Assembly: GCA_030637655.1 (NCBI GenBank) | Contig: DAOWGI010000036.1 | Span: 1-27,722, forward strand | Source of the DNA: a candidate division FCPU426 bacterium | GTDB lineage: Bacteria; Oederibacteriota; JAAXVQ01; JAUVAV01 | Length of the DNA stretch: 27,722 nt | Reading direction: 5' to 3' | Part shown: positions 16,220 through 24,283 of the stretch, in pieces | How the letters are laid out: every line of letters begins with the position of its first letter | How positions within the stretch are numbered: the first letter of the stretch is position 1 | Program-made: the position numbers and the translations under genes | The notes under the pieces: generated by a model | What the model was told of the DNA's origin: nothing | The model's database searches: none | Seen by the model: the letters and a program-made list of their open reading frames with translations, nothing else

Positions 16220-16906
16220 TTAAAAATCTATAGAACTTTCCTTAAAACTAAAATATTCATTCCCGCCGATAATAATATGATCCAGTAACGTAATTTCCAC
16301 TGTCTTAAGCGCTATCTTAATAGCTTTGGTGATATCCATATCTTCCCTGGAAGGCTCCAAAGACCGGGCAGGATGATTGTGGCTAATCACCACACCTGCG
16401 GCGTGGTGATACAATGCTTGTTCAACAATTGTTCTTGGAAAGACAATTATCTGATTAACGGTCCCGTTTTTTATTGCCTCCATGGCAATTAGCTGATTAC
16501 GATTGTCCAGAAATAACATTTTAAACTCTTCATCAGCCAAACCCTTAAGCGAAACCTTTAAGTAATCATAAATAAGTTGCGGTGATGAGAGCAAATCCCT
16601 GCTATGAAGATTGTTTTCCATATAAAAACCGGAAATATCCTTCAACAATTTCAAAAACAAAGCTGAATGCTTTGATATCCCACGAACGCCTTGCAACTCC
16701 TTGTAATCAGCATCAAGCACGCCATTTAAATTTTTAAACCGGCTAAGTAATTCTTTAGCTGTTTTTTTTGTGTCTTTACGGGCAATAGCATAGGACAAGG
16801 CCAGTTCTAAAACCTCATAATCCAGCCATCCCTTTAATCCGGCTTTTTCATATTTTTCTTTCATTCTGCTCCGGTGTCCGATATAACCGGTGACTGTCTC
16901 TTTCAT
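16220..16906 (-). CDS. radC: RadC-family JAB-domain protein
   Basis: GHRSRMKEK, YEVLELAL, EEFKMLFLD, GTVN, HNHP..SLEPSRED, LLDHIIIG motifs. Confidence 0.92.
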   Translation of the reverse strand: MKETVTGYIGHRSRMKEKYEKAGLKGWLDYEVLELALSYAIARKDTKKTAKELLSRFKNLNGVLDADYKELQGVRGISKHSALFLKLLKDISGFYMENNLHSRDLLSSPQLIYDYLKVSLKGLADEEFKMLFLDNRNQLIAMEAIKNGTVNQIIVFPRTIVEQALYHHAAGVVISHNHPARSLEPSREDMDITKAIKIALKTVEITLLDHIIIGGNEYFSFKESSIDF

Positions 16907-16933
16907 AAAAATCCATCCATCCTTATAAACCAG

Positions 16934-16958
16934 GAAACCGGTGGCTGGCGCCTAATCC
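16934..16958 (+). repeat. 25-bp island motif copy 8 (outermost)
   Basis: GAAACCGGTGGCTGGCGCCTAATCC. Confidence 0.8.
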
Positions 16959-17057
16959 TATAATCACCAGGGACATCAAACCTGACCACAGGAATGCGCA
17001 GGCCAGGTAATATAATATTTTGGTTATTTCCATAATTGAATGTTTGATTTTCGATAC

Positions 17058-17082
17058 GGGCGAATACAAGATTCGCCCCTAC
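17058..17082 (-). repeat. GTAG-type REP-like hairpin, possibly also a terminator
   Basis: Minus strand GTAGGGGCGAATCTTGTATTCGCCC; stem GGGCGAAT/ATTCGCCC just downstream of the radical SAM gene. Confidence 0.65.
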
Positions 17083-17109
17083 AGCGTCGATTTTTTATTT
17101 TAAATGTAT

Positions 17110-18087
17110 TCAAAATATCCCCGGTATTTCCCTCTCACACTGGGGACATTTCCCTTCTGCGATATGCACGACATTGGTTTGGTAGCCGTGCCGTTGCACT
17201 AACAGCGTTTGGCACTCAGGACAGTAGGTCGAATCATCACCAGCTCCCAAATTCCCCAAATACACCCATTTCAATTTCCGTTTTGCCACCTCTCGGGCTT
17301 GCTGCAGCAACTCCGGATCTGTCGGCGGTGCTTCCCACTTATATTGCGGATAATAACGGGTAAAATGCACTGGGATTTCAGACGAAACCTCAGCAATCCA
17401 ATCCACCAATGCGCTAATCTGCTGAATATCGTCATTGCCTGCTGTTACGATTAAATGTGTAATTTCCAGATGCGCATGTTGAGCTATGATCTTGACATTG
17501 CGCAACACCGGAGCTAATTTCGCTCCGCAAAAGTGTTGATAAAATTCTTCCCGTATGGATTTAATATCCACATTCCACGCGTCAATCCAGGGCAGCAATT
17601 CCTGCAAGGGTTCGGGATTAATATAACCATTGGTCACTACCACATTGAGCAAACCCTTCGCACGTACCAATTTCGCGCAATCACGCACATACTCAAAATT
17701 GATCAACGGTTCGTTGTACGTATAGGCCACTCCGCAGGCACCCTGTTGTTGCGCTTCGGAAACCACTTGCTGCGCTGTCAGTGTTGAGAGTGGGGGATGT
17801 TTTTGTGATATATTCCAATTCTGGCAAAAGGAACAGCGAAAATTACACCCGGCTGATCCCAGTGAAAGAATGGATTGCCCTGGTTTGACATGAAAGAGCG
17901 GCTTCTTTTCAATTGGATCCAGCGCCAAGGAAGAAATCCGGGCATACGCTTCCGCGACCAAGGTTCCCTGGGTGGCGCGCCTAATACCGCAGCGGCCGGT
18001 TTTATTTTCCTTAATCAGACACCCGTGCGGACAGAGTGTACAGCGTACCTGTTCGCCTTCCAACACCCAATAGCTCGCTGGCTGCAT
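17110..18087 (-). CDS. amrS: AmmeMemoRadiSam system radical SAM enzyme
   Basis: CTLCPHGC..GRCGIR, DPIEKKPL, GCNFRCSFCQN (CxxxCxxC), AYTYNEP and C-terminal CPEC/CPQC. Confidence 0.9.
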   Translation of the reverse strand: MQPASYWVLEGEQVRCTLCPHGCLIKENKTGRCGIRRATQGTLVAEAYARISSLALDPIEKKPLFHVKPGQSILSLGSAGCNFRCSFCQNWNISQKHPPLSTLTAQQVVSEAQQQGACGVAYTYNEPLINFEYVRDCAKLVRAKGLLNVVVTNGYINPEPLQELLPWIDAWNVDIKSIREEFYQHFCGAKLAPVLRNVKIIAQHAHLEITHLIVTAGNDDIQQISALVDWIAEVSSEIPVHFTRYYPQYKWEAPPTDPELLQQAREVAKRKLKWVYLGNLGAGDDSTYCPECQTLLVQRHGYQTNVVHIAEGKCPQCEREIPGIF

Positions 18088-18113
18088 GTGATACCCTCAA
18101 TTCCAATGGCTGA

Positions 18114-18590
18114 TCATTTTCCTTTATCCAATGAAGTCTGACTAGCCAATAAGGTTTTAACCTCTTCCATAAAGGCATTGATATCCTTAAATTGACGATA
18201 CACCGAGGCAAAACGAACGTAAGCCACATCATCCAATTCCGCCAATTTTCGCATGACCAGATCCCCTACTTCTGAGGCCGGAATCTCTTTTTCCATGCGG
18301 TTTTGGATAATCTTCTCTATCTCATCTACTGCCTGCTCTAATTGCTCTGTGGATACCGGACGCTTTTCACACGCTTTGCGCATACCGGAAACAATTTTAA
18401 AACGGTCAAACGGCTCACGTCGATTGTCCTTTTTCACCAACATGGGTAAAATGTCTTCCACCTGTTCGTAGGTGGTAAAGCGTTTTCCGCATTGCAAACA
18501 TTCACGGCGACGCCGGACGGCCAGCCCATTTTTACTGGTTCTTGAATCAACTACCTTGTCCTCTTGAAAACTACAGAAGGGACATTTCAT
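18114..18590 (-). CDS. nrdR: Transcriptional repressor NrdR
   Basis: MKCPFC..KVVDSR..RRRRECLQCGKRFTTYE, ATP cone, VAYVRFASVYR. Confidence 0.97.
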   Translation of the reverse strand: MKCPFCSFQEDKVVDSRTSKNGLAVRRRRECLQCGKRFTTYEQVEDILPMLVKKDNRREPFDRFKIVSGMRKACEKRPVSTEQLEQAVDEIEKIIQNRMEKEIPASEVGDLVMRKLAELDDVAYVRFASVYRQFKDINAFMEEVKTLLASQTSLDKGK

Positions 18591-20857
18591 TGGGTGGTCC
18601 CCCTTTCCAGATTTAAAATCTTTTGCCTTAATTCTTCAGCCTTCGGATACTGCGGCGCTTTTTTCAAAATATAGCGGTATTCGCTTGCTGCTTCCAGCCC
18701 TAATCCGCGCTTCTCTAATATCAAAGCCCGGTTGAGTCGGGCTTCCAGATACTGGGGTTTTAATTTCAAGGCCTCTTCAAAAGCGGTTATCGCACCTTCC
18801 AACTCTCCACGCCGGGCGCGCACAATCCCCAGATTGCTCCAAGTAGATGCCCGGGTATTGATATCACCCCGCCAATTTTTTTGAGTGGCCGCGGCAAAGA
18901 ATTGATGAGCAACATCCGTCTGGTTTTTCATCAACGCAATATACCCTTTATACGAATACGGCAGCGCAAATTCCGGAAAAACATCCATTAAGTGTTTGAT
19001 GATCGCTTCCGCTTTCTGCCATTTTTTTTGCGCAAGATACACTGAGGCCAGATCCAAGGCAAAATAGACATTGTACGGATCCAATTCCGAAGCCTTTTGG
19101 CACGCTTCTTCTGCTTCTGCCAATTTTTTTCGATCTACAAAATCACCCCAATATTTATAGACTCGTCCCAAATTATTAAAATCATACCCATTCAAGGGAT
19201 TCATACCCATAGTGTGTTTGTGAATTTCAGCCGCTTTTTTAAGTAAGGGGGCCTTGTCTTGGGCTCGTTTGGCTGCTTCTTCATGAGCAATTCCGTATTT
19301 GACCCAATAAATCTCCCGATTGGGATTGATGGCTACCGCGCGTGACATTTCCAGCATAGCCTGTTGCGGGTAACCACGCGTGAGTAAAACTATACCTCGT
19401 TTAAAAAAAATATCCCCTGTCCATAAACGCAAGGATAACATCATGCCGGTCAAAAGCAAACCGCAGGCCGCCAAATAGAGCATCCATTTGTTGAGCCGGA
19501 TGTTTTCCAGGGAAAATGGTTCCCGGCTGATTTTAGGATCCATAATTTCGGTCTCTTCCCGCGGCAGGGTGGGTCCCAGGGCAATTAAGAACCAGAACAA
19601 AGAACCATAGGCCACGACTGTGAAATTAAACTGGTTTTGTACCAAGAATCCAATTTGTGCAATACCCACACCAATGCTAAGATACCGTCGGGTGGGTGGT
19701 AAGTGTTTTTGCTGTTTCCACAAAATCGCAAAAAACACCACCAAGAGCCACAACCAGGCACCCAAGCCCAGCAAACCGGTGGTCGCTCCGATTTGCAGGA
19801 AGAAATTATGCGCTTTTTCCGGTGTCCCATTCCACTCCAAACGCCAATATTCCGCCAAACGGTATTTGGGAAAGGTGATCTGAAAGGTATCCAGCCCACT
19901 GCCTAACACGGGCTTGTCCCGCATCATTTGCAAAGCGCTCCGCCAAATGTACAAACGCGGGGTTATTTTTACATGTTTGATATCCAAGGTCGCCCAAGTA
20001 CGAACCACAGTATGTTTAATAGTCCCGCGAACATACGGCGAGAATAGCGTCAGGGCGCCCAACAATACCAATAAAATTATCCAGCGCAGATTGCGCGACC
20101 ACAAATACCCTCCGCGGCGCGCGTCATACAGGACATACACTGAGAAAAAAACCATTTCCGCGACGAGCGCGTAAAACGCTCCCCGGCTCTTGGTAAAAAA
20201 AATGGCTAAGGCCATCAGGACCACAGCCAGTAATAAAAACCTTTTGGTCTGACGACGCTCACTATTTAAAAACAGCATGAGCGCGATAGGCAGGGCCATC
20301 AGGACATACGCGGCTAAAAAATTCGGATTGCCCAAAGATCCAAACAAACGGGAGGCGGAATATGTGTTCGGATTCCACATAATAAAATCAATGCCGAAAT
20401 TTTGCGCGATACCATACCCTCCGGCCAGCACCCCGGCCAAGACAATCATGACTAAAAATTTCTTAATGTCTTGCAAGGTCCGGACATAGTGGTGCACTAA
20501 AAACCATAACAACAGATAATTAGCTATGGTTAAAATACCTTCAAAATCTTCGTACACACCAAAAATACTGGTTGCCTTATTATTGGTCCAGATGGTAGAC
20601 AAGAGTGAGCTTATAGCTATTAAAATGACCGGCCCCCATAAGGGCGAGGGACGAAAACGGAAGCTGCCTACCAGCATGACTTTGGTCATAAAAGCCATAG
20701 CGGCAATCAAGGTGAAAAGACGTAAGGCCGTAATTTTGTTAAATTCAAATACATCATGCGTAAAGGTAAAAAAAATCAACGGCACTACGAGCAACATGGC
20801 CATCAATGCGAAAAGTATAATTTGATTGCAGAGCTGATTAAGTTTTTCTCTGGTCAC
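18587..20857 (-). CDS. O-antigen ligase (Wzy_C) family membrane protein with C-terminal TPR repeats
   Basis: Many hydrophobic segments, GSLGNPNFLAAY, TKSRGA, RLYIW, GSGLDTF, AHN motifs and a TPR-like tail. Start re-assigned to GTG 20857 (AAGGAG RBS). Confidence 0.85.
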   Translation of the reverse strand: MTREKLNQLCNQIILFALMAMLLVVPLIFFTFTHDVFEFNKITALRLFTLIAAMAFMTKVMLVGSFRFRPSPLWGPVILIAISSLLSTIWTNNKATSIFGVYEDFEGILTIANYLLLWFLVHHYVRTLQDIKKFLVMIVLAGVLAGGYGIAQNFGIDFIMWNPNTYSASRLFGSLGNPNFLAAYVLMALPIALMLFLNSERRQTKRFLLLAVVLMALAIFFTKSRGAFYALVAEMVFFSVYVLYDARRGGYLWSRNLRWIILLVLLGALTLFSPYVRGTIKHTVVRTWATLDIKHVKITPRLYIWRSALQMMRDKPVLGSGLDTFQITFPKYRLAEYWRLEWNGTPEKAHNFFLQIGATTGLLGLGAWLWLLVVFFAILWKQQKHLPPTRRYLSIGVGIAQIGFLVQNQFNFTVVAYGSLFWFLIALGPTLPREETEIMDPKISREPFSLENIRLNKWMLYLAACGLLLTGMMLSLRLWTGDIFFKRGIVLLTRGYPQQAMLEMSRAVAINPNREIYWVKYGIAHEEAAKRAQDKAPLLKKAAEIHKHTMGMNPLNGYDFNNLGRVYKYWGDFVDRKKLAEAEEACQKASELDPYNVYFALDLASVYLAQKKWQKAEAIIKHLMDVFPEFALPYSYKGYIALMKNQTDVAHQFFAAATQKNWRGDINTRASTWSNLGIVRARRGELEGAITAFEEALKLKPQYLEARLNRALILEKRGLGLEAASEYRYILKKAPQYPKAEELRQKILNLERGTTQ

Positions 20858-20994
20858 AAATGACTCCTTATAAATATCGAAAAATTGTTTTATTAAGCTC
20901 GAATAACAGTCCCTGAGTTTGTGGGGGTATTCTAACAAATCTCGCAGCAATTCGGTATTATTTTATTTTCATTTTCAGTAACACGTTTTTTTGT

Positions 20995-21094
20995 TTGTCA
21001 TCCCCGAATGCTTGTATCGGGGATACGGTTTAAAAAACCAGATTCCCGATTAAACCCTCGGGAATGACAACCTTTGTTTAACCGCAGTTCACTG
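20995..21094. repeat. Double-hairpin REP-like element with part of the MITE flank, inverted relative to the 6.1 kb copy
   Basis: TTGTCATCCCCGA...CGGGAATGACAA followed by CCTTTGTTTAACCGCAGTTCACTG, the reverse complement of 6121-6144. Confidence 0.8.
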
Positions 21095-21102
21095 ACATAT
21101 TA

Positions 21103-21291
21103 CCATTTTCACACTCTATATTGGGGCAGATGCCCAACTTACTACTACATCCTTGGTCTAAACGGTCGGGGGCGTTGTTGGCGACGGTCAAATATCCAGG
21201 CTATGGCGTGCACTATGCGCTCTGCGGCTTTTCCATCCCCAAAAGGACAGGCACGGTAGCGGCAAAATGCCAATCAGTCATAATGGAAACC
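21103..21291 (-). pseudogene. Internally deleted duplicate of the wecB 3' region
   Basis: 21103-21255 matches 23075-23227 (10 mismatches in 153 bp). 21254-21291 is identical to 23809-23846. Confidence 0.9.
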
Positions 21292-21453
21292 GCCACGGTT
21301 TGGGCAATAGTTATCCAGAGAAATTCCCAACCACTCTTCTGCATGATCAAAATTGGCGAAGTAACACCTTGCAATCGAGAAAAAAACGATTTAAGCTTTA
21401 AATCTGGGGGATTTTAGGCTGCTACCTTTCGCATAAAATAAAGAAGTTATCAA

Positions 21454-21552
21454 ATGGCCAATGAATGTTTTTTCTTGGGATCAGGATTTTCTAAAGCGAT
21501 ATATAGTTTTATGCCTAGTATTTATGAATTATCTGATGAGGTTAATAAATAA
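21454..21552 (+). pseudogene. SIR2-like domain N-terminal remnant
   Basis: MANECFFLGSGFSKAIYSFMPSIYELSDEVNK* resembles the hhLGAGFS...P...EL start of SIR2-like proteins; only 32 aa. Confidence 0.5.
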
Positions 21553-21759
21553 TTATAAAATAGCTCCGGGCTGTGTTCTTCACTCGTGCTTAAGACCCGC
21601 TGATTTCCTTCTCCCTTGATATAGAGAGGAAGGTTTGCTACATTGTAGTTAATTCAAGGAAGGAAGGTCAGGGAGGAAATTAAAGCTCTGCTGTGTCGGG
21701 TAATCAAAAATCAGTTAAATTTTCTGCCACAAAAAGTACGAAAGTGAGAACTAAATAAT

Positions 21760-23013
21760 ATGAAAAAAAACGCTACCATAATTATCATAGGCGCAGGCCC
21801 TGCCGGAACTTCTGCCGCGTACCATTTAACCCAGGCCGGCATAGATGTTTTGCTATTAGATAAAGAGTCTTTTCCGCGCGACAAGATTTGCGGTGATTGT
21901 CTTTCACCTTCAAGTATGCAGGAATTGGAAAAAATCGGACTAAGAGATGAAGTTACAGCCAAAAGCAATGAAATAGATGGATGTATTTTATATGCTCCCA
22001 ACAAATCCTATTTTACGGTAGATAATTGTAAAGCCAGGCCTCATTTAATGATGCGGGAAACACTGGACAATATGTTGCTTAAAAAAGCTTGTGAAAAAGG
22101 AGCGGATTTTTTGGAAAATACAAGAATAATCTGTTTAGAAAAAAAGCCTGACAGAATAATTCTTAAAGATGACTCGGGAGAAAGCTACTCCTGCAAATTA
22201 GCTATAATTGCCACTGGTTCCAATTCTTCGCTGCCTATCCGTTTGGGATTGTTAAAATTGCCATCTGCAGACGCTATAGCCTGCCGTGCCTATGTCGCAG
22301 ATATAAATTTTTCCTCAGACAAAATTCTACTTAGTTACGCGAAAGACCTATTGCCTGGCTATGGTTGGGTGTTTCCCCTGGGTAAGGGCAAAGCCAACGT
22401 AGGCATAGGTTATTTTTTTAGCAAGGGAAACAACCCTAATCCCAGAAAGATTTGGAAAACATTCGCAAAATTTCTAGAAAAAGAGGGAATATTTGGCAAA
22501 AATACAAAACCTGTTTCAGAGGTTAAAACTGCTTTGATGCGCATGGGATTGAGAGGTAACCGGCTTTTTGCTGAACGTATTCTTTTGGCCGGGGATTCTG
22601 CCAGCGCGATTAATCCCCTGAGCGGAGAGGGTATATACTATGCTTTACAAACCGGACGATTTGCTGCCTGGGCCGCGCAGCAAGCCATCGAGGCGGGTGA
22701 TTTTACAGCTCAACAATTGTTGGCTTACCAAAAAATGTTGAAAGAAAACTACAAAAAGAAATTTAAGAATTATCGAAAAATTAATAGGTTACTAAGCAAT
22801 CAGGCAATTATTAATCAGATGGTCAAGATTGCCGGAGAAAAACGTGAATTAGCTGAAACAATTTTTGTAACCCTGCTTGGTGAAAGCAACCCTATGAAGT
22901 CATTGAAACTTTTTGCCAAGCATATCATCAAAAGCTGGTTTGGGATTTTTAAGATTGTAAGAAAAAAAGTTTCGTCTCGGGATGGCGGGATAAATAAAAA
23001 AAAGGTGGGGTGA
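21760..23013 (+). CDS. Geranylgeranyl reductase family FAD-dependent oxidoreductase
   Basis: IIGAGPAG, FPRDKICGD, GYGWVFP, ANVGIG, LAGDSASAINPLSGEGIYYAL. Confidence 0.9.
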   Translation: MKKNATIIIIGAGPAGTSAAYHLTQAGIDVLLLDKESFPRDKICGDCLSPSSMQELEKIGLRDEVTAKSNEIDGCILYAPNKSYFTVDNCKARPHLMMRETLDNMLLKKACEKGADFLENTRIICLEKKPDRIILKDDSGESYSCKLAIIATGSNSSLPIRLGLLKLPSADAIACRAYVADINFSSDKILLSYAKDLLPGYGWVFPLGKGKANVGIGYFFSKGNNPNPRKIWKTFAKFLEKEGIFGKNTKPVSEVKTALMRMGLRGNRLFAERILLAGDSASAINPLSGEGIYYALQTGRFAAWAAQQAIEAGDFTAQQLLAYQKMLKENYKKKFKNYRKINRLLSNQAIINQMVKIAGEKRELAETIFVTLLGESNPMKSLKLFAKHIIKSWFGIFKIVRKKVSSRDGGINKKKVG

Positions 23014-23116
23014 GAAAGCTGAAAATATTACCAAACACTGAGAAATATCTACAGTACTTTGAATGCCAAACTTTCCATTTTCACACGCTATATTGGGGCA
23101 GATGCTCAACTTACTA

Positions 23117-24283
23117 CTACATCCTTGGTCTAAACGGACGAGGACGTTGTTGACGCCGGCCAAATATCCAGGCTATGGCGCGTACTATGCGCTCTGCGGC
23201 TTTTCCATCCCCAAAAGGACAGGCACGTCGTTGCAAATGTCGCGGACCTTGGAGCAATTGCTTAGAAACCGCGTGAATTATTTTGTCTTGTGCCAGGGGC
23301 AGCAGACGAGCTCCAACAGCCAGAGCTTCCGGCCGTTCGGTTATTTCGCGTAATATTAAGACCGGAACACCTAACGCCGGCGCTTCTTCCTGAATTCCAC
23401 CGGAATCGGTTAAAACCAACTCTGCCTGCGAGAGAAGCTGAATAAAAGGCTGGTAGGCCATAGGCGCAATACGATGTAAATTTCCCGGTGCGCCCCGAAA
23501 TAATGTTTGTACGATTTTTCTTACCTGCGGATTCCGATGTATGGGAAATACAAAATGCACTTGTGGAAAACGACGAGCCAGCGTATAAAGCGCACGGCAT
23601 ATTTCAATCAGCGGTCTCCCAAAATTCTCGCGCCGGTGGGCTGTTACCACCACCACCCTTTCATGGCCAGGATCCAAGCCCAAACCGGCGATGGTTCCTG
23701 ACAGATCTTGTCGCAGCACCGAATCCAGAGCATCCACTACCGGATTGCCGGTAATAAAAATCCGGGAGCGCTCAATCCCTTCAGCCAAAAGATTATGGTA
23801 AGCATGCGCGGTAGCGGCAAAATGCCAATCAGTCATAATGGAAACCATCCGCCGATTGACTTCTTCCGGAAAAGGATTGGCATGATCATAGGTGCGCAAA
23901 CCGGCCTCCACATGGCCTACCGGGATTTTCTGATAAAAGGCAGCCATAGTTCCAGCCAGAGTAGTAGCTGTGTCTCCTTGCACTACGACCAAATCCGGAG
24001 AGCACTGCTCTAACACTTTTTCGCAACCGCGTAAAGCAGCGGCCGTTAACCCGGCCAGAGTTTGTTTGGGCCGCATCAGGTTGAGGTCCAGGTCCGGCAC
24101 AATCCGCATCAGATCCAATACTTGATCCAGCATTTCCCGGTGTTGCGCGGTTACCACCACAGTAGCGCGAAACTGTTTTGGCGCCTGTTGCAAACAGGCA
24201 ATCACCGGAGCCAATTTGATGGCCTCCGGCCGTGTCCCGAACAAGAGCGCTACCTGAATAGGTTTTTTTCGTTTTATAACCAC
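23117..24283 (-). CDS. wecB: UDP-N-acetylglucosamine 2-epimerase (non-hydrolysing)
   Basis: FGTRPEAIKLAP, QGDT, HVEAGLRT, PFPEE, HRRENFG, TDSGGIQEEAP, PFGDG. Start probably GTG 24283. Confidence 0.95.
   Translation of the reverse strand: MVIKRKKPIQVALLFGTRPEAIKLAPVIACLQQAPKQFRATVVVTAQHREMLDQVLDLMRIVPDLDLNLMRPKQTLAGLTAAALRGCEKVLEQCSPDLVVVQGDTATTLAGTMAAFYQKIPVGHVEAGLRTYDHANPFPEEVNRRMVSIMTDWHFAATAHAYHNLLAEGIERSRIFITGNPVVDALDSVLRQDLSGTIAGLGLDPGHERVVVVTAHRRENFGRPLIEICRALYTLARRFPQVHFVFPIHRNPQVRKIVQTLFRGAPGNLHRIAPMAYQPFIQLLSQAELVLTDSGGIQEEAPALGVPVLILREITERPEALAVGARLLPLAQDKIIHAVSKQLLQGPRHLQRRACPFGDGKAAERIVRAIAWIFGRRQQRPRPFRPRM

Noticed and set aside
3269-16958. 25-bp motif copies as a CRISPR array
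   Set aside because: Spacing is irregular (0.1-8.6 kb), whole genes lie between copies, and no cas genes are present.
3269-16958. Classical integron with attC sites
   Set aside because: Sites are too short, lack RYYYAAC/GTTRRRY boxes and cut genes internally, and no intI is in the window.
17040-17109. tRNA or att site at the island border
   Set aside because: Only a single 8-bp-stem hairpin is present; I found no cloverleaf, T-loop or CCA end.
21590-21705. Purine/pyrimidine-rich imperfect inverted repeats upstream of the reductase gene as a riboswitch or ncRNA
   Set aside because: No recognisable conserved motif; more likely a decayed repeat.
21103-23227. wecB repeat pair as a DGR template/variable repeat
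   Set aside because: Mismatches are not adenine-restricted on either strand, are mostly synonymous, and no reverse transcriptase is present.
21121-23353. Plus-strand ORFs 21121-21417 and 23063-23353 looking like paralogues
   Set aside because: Their similarity is just the antisense reading of the duplicated wecB 3' end.
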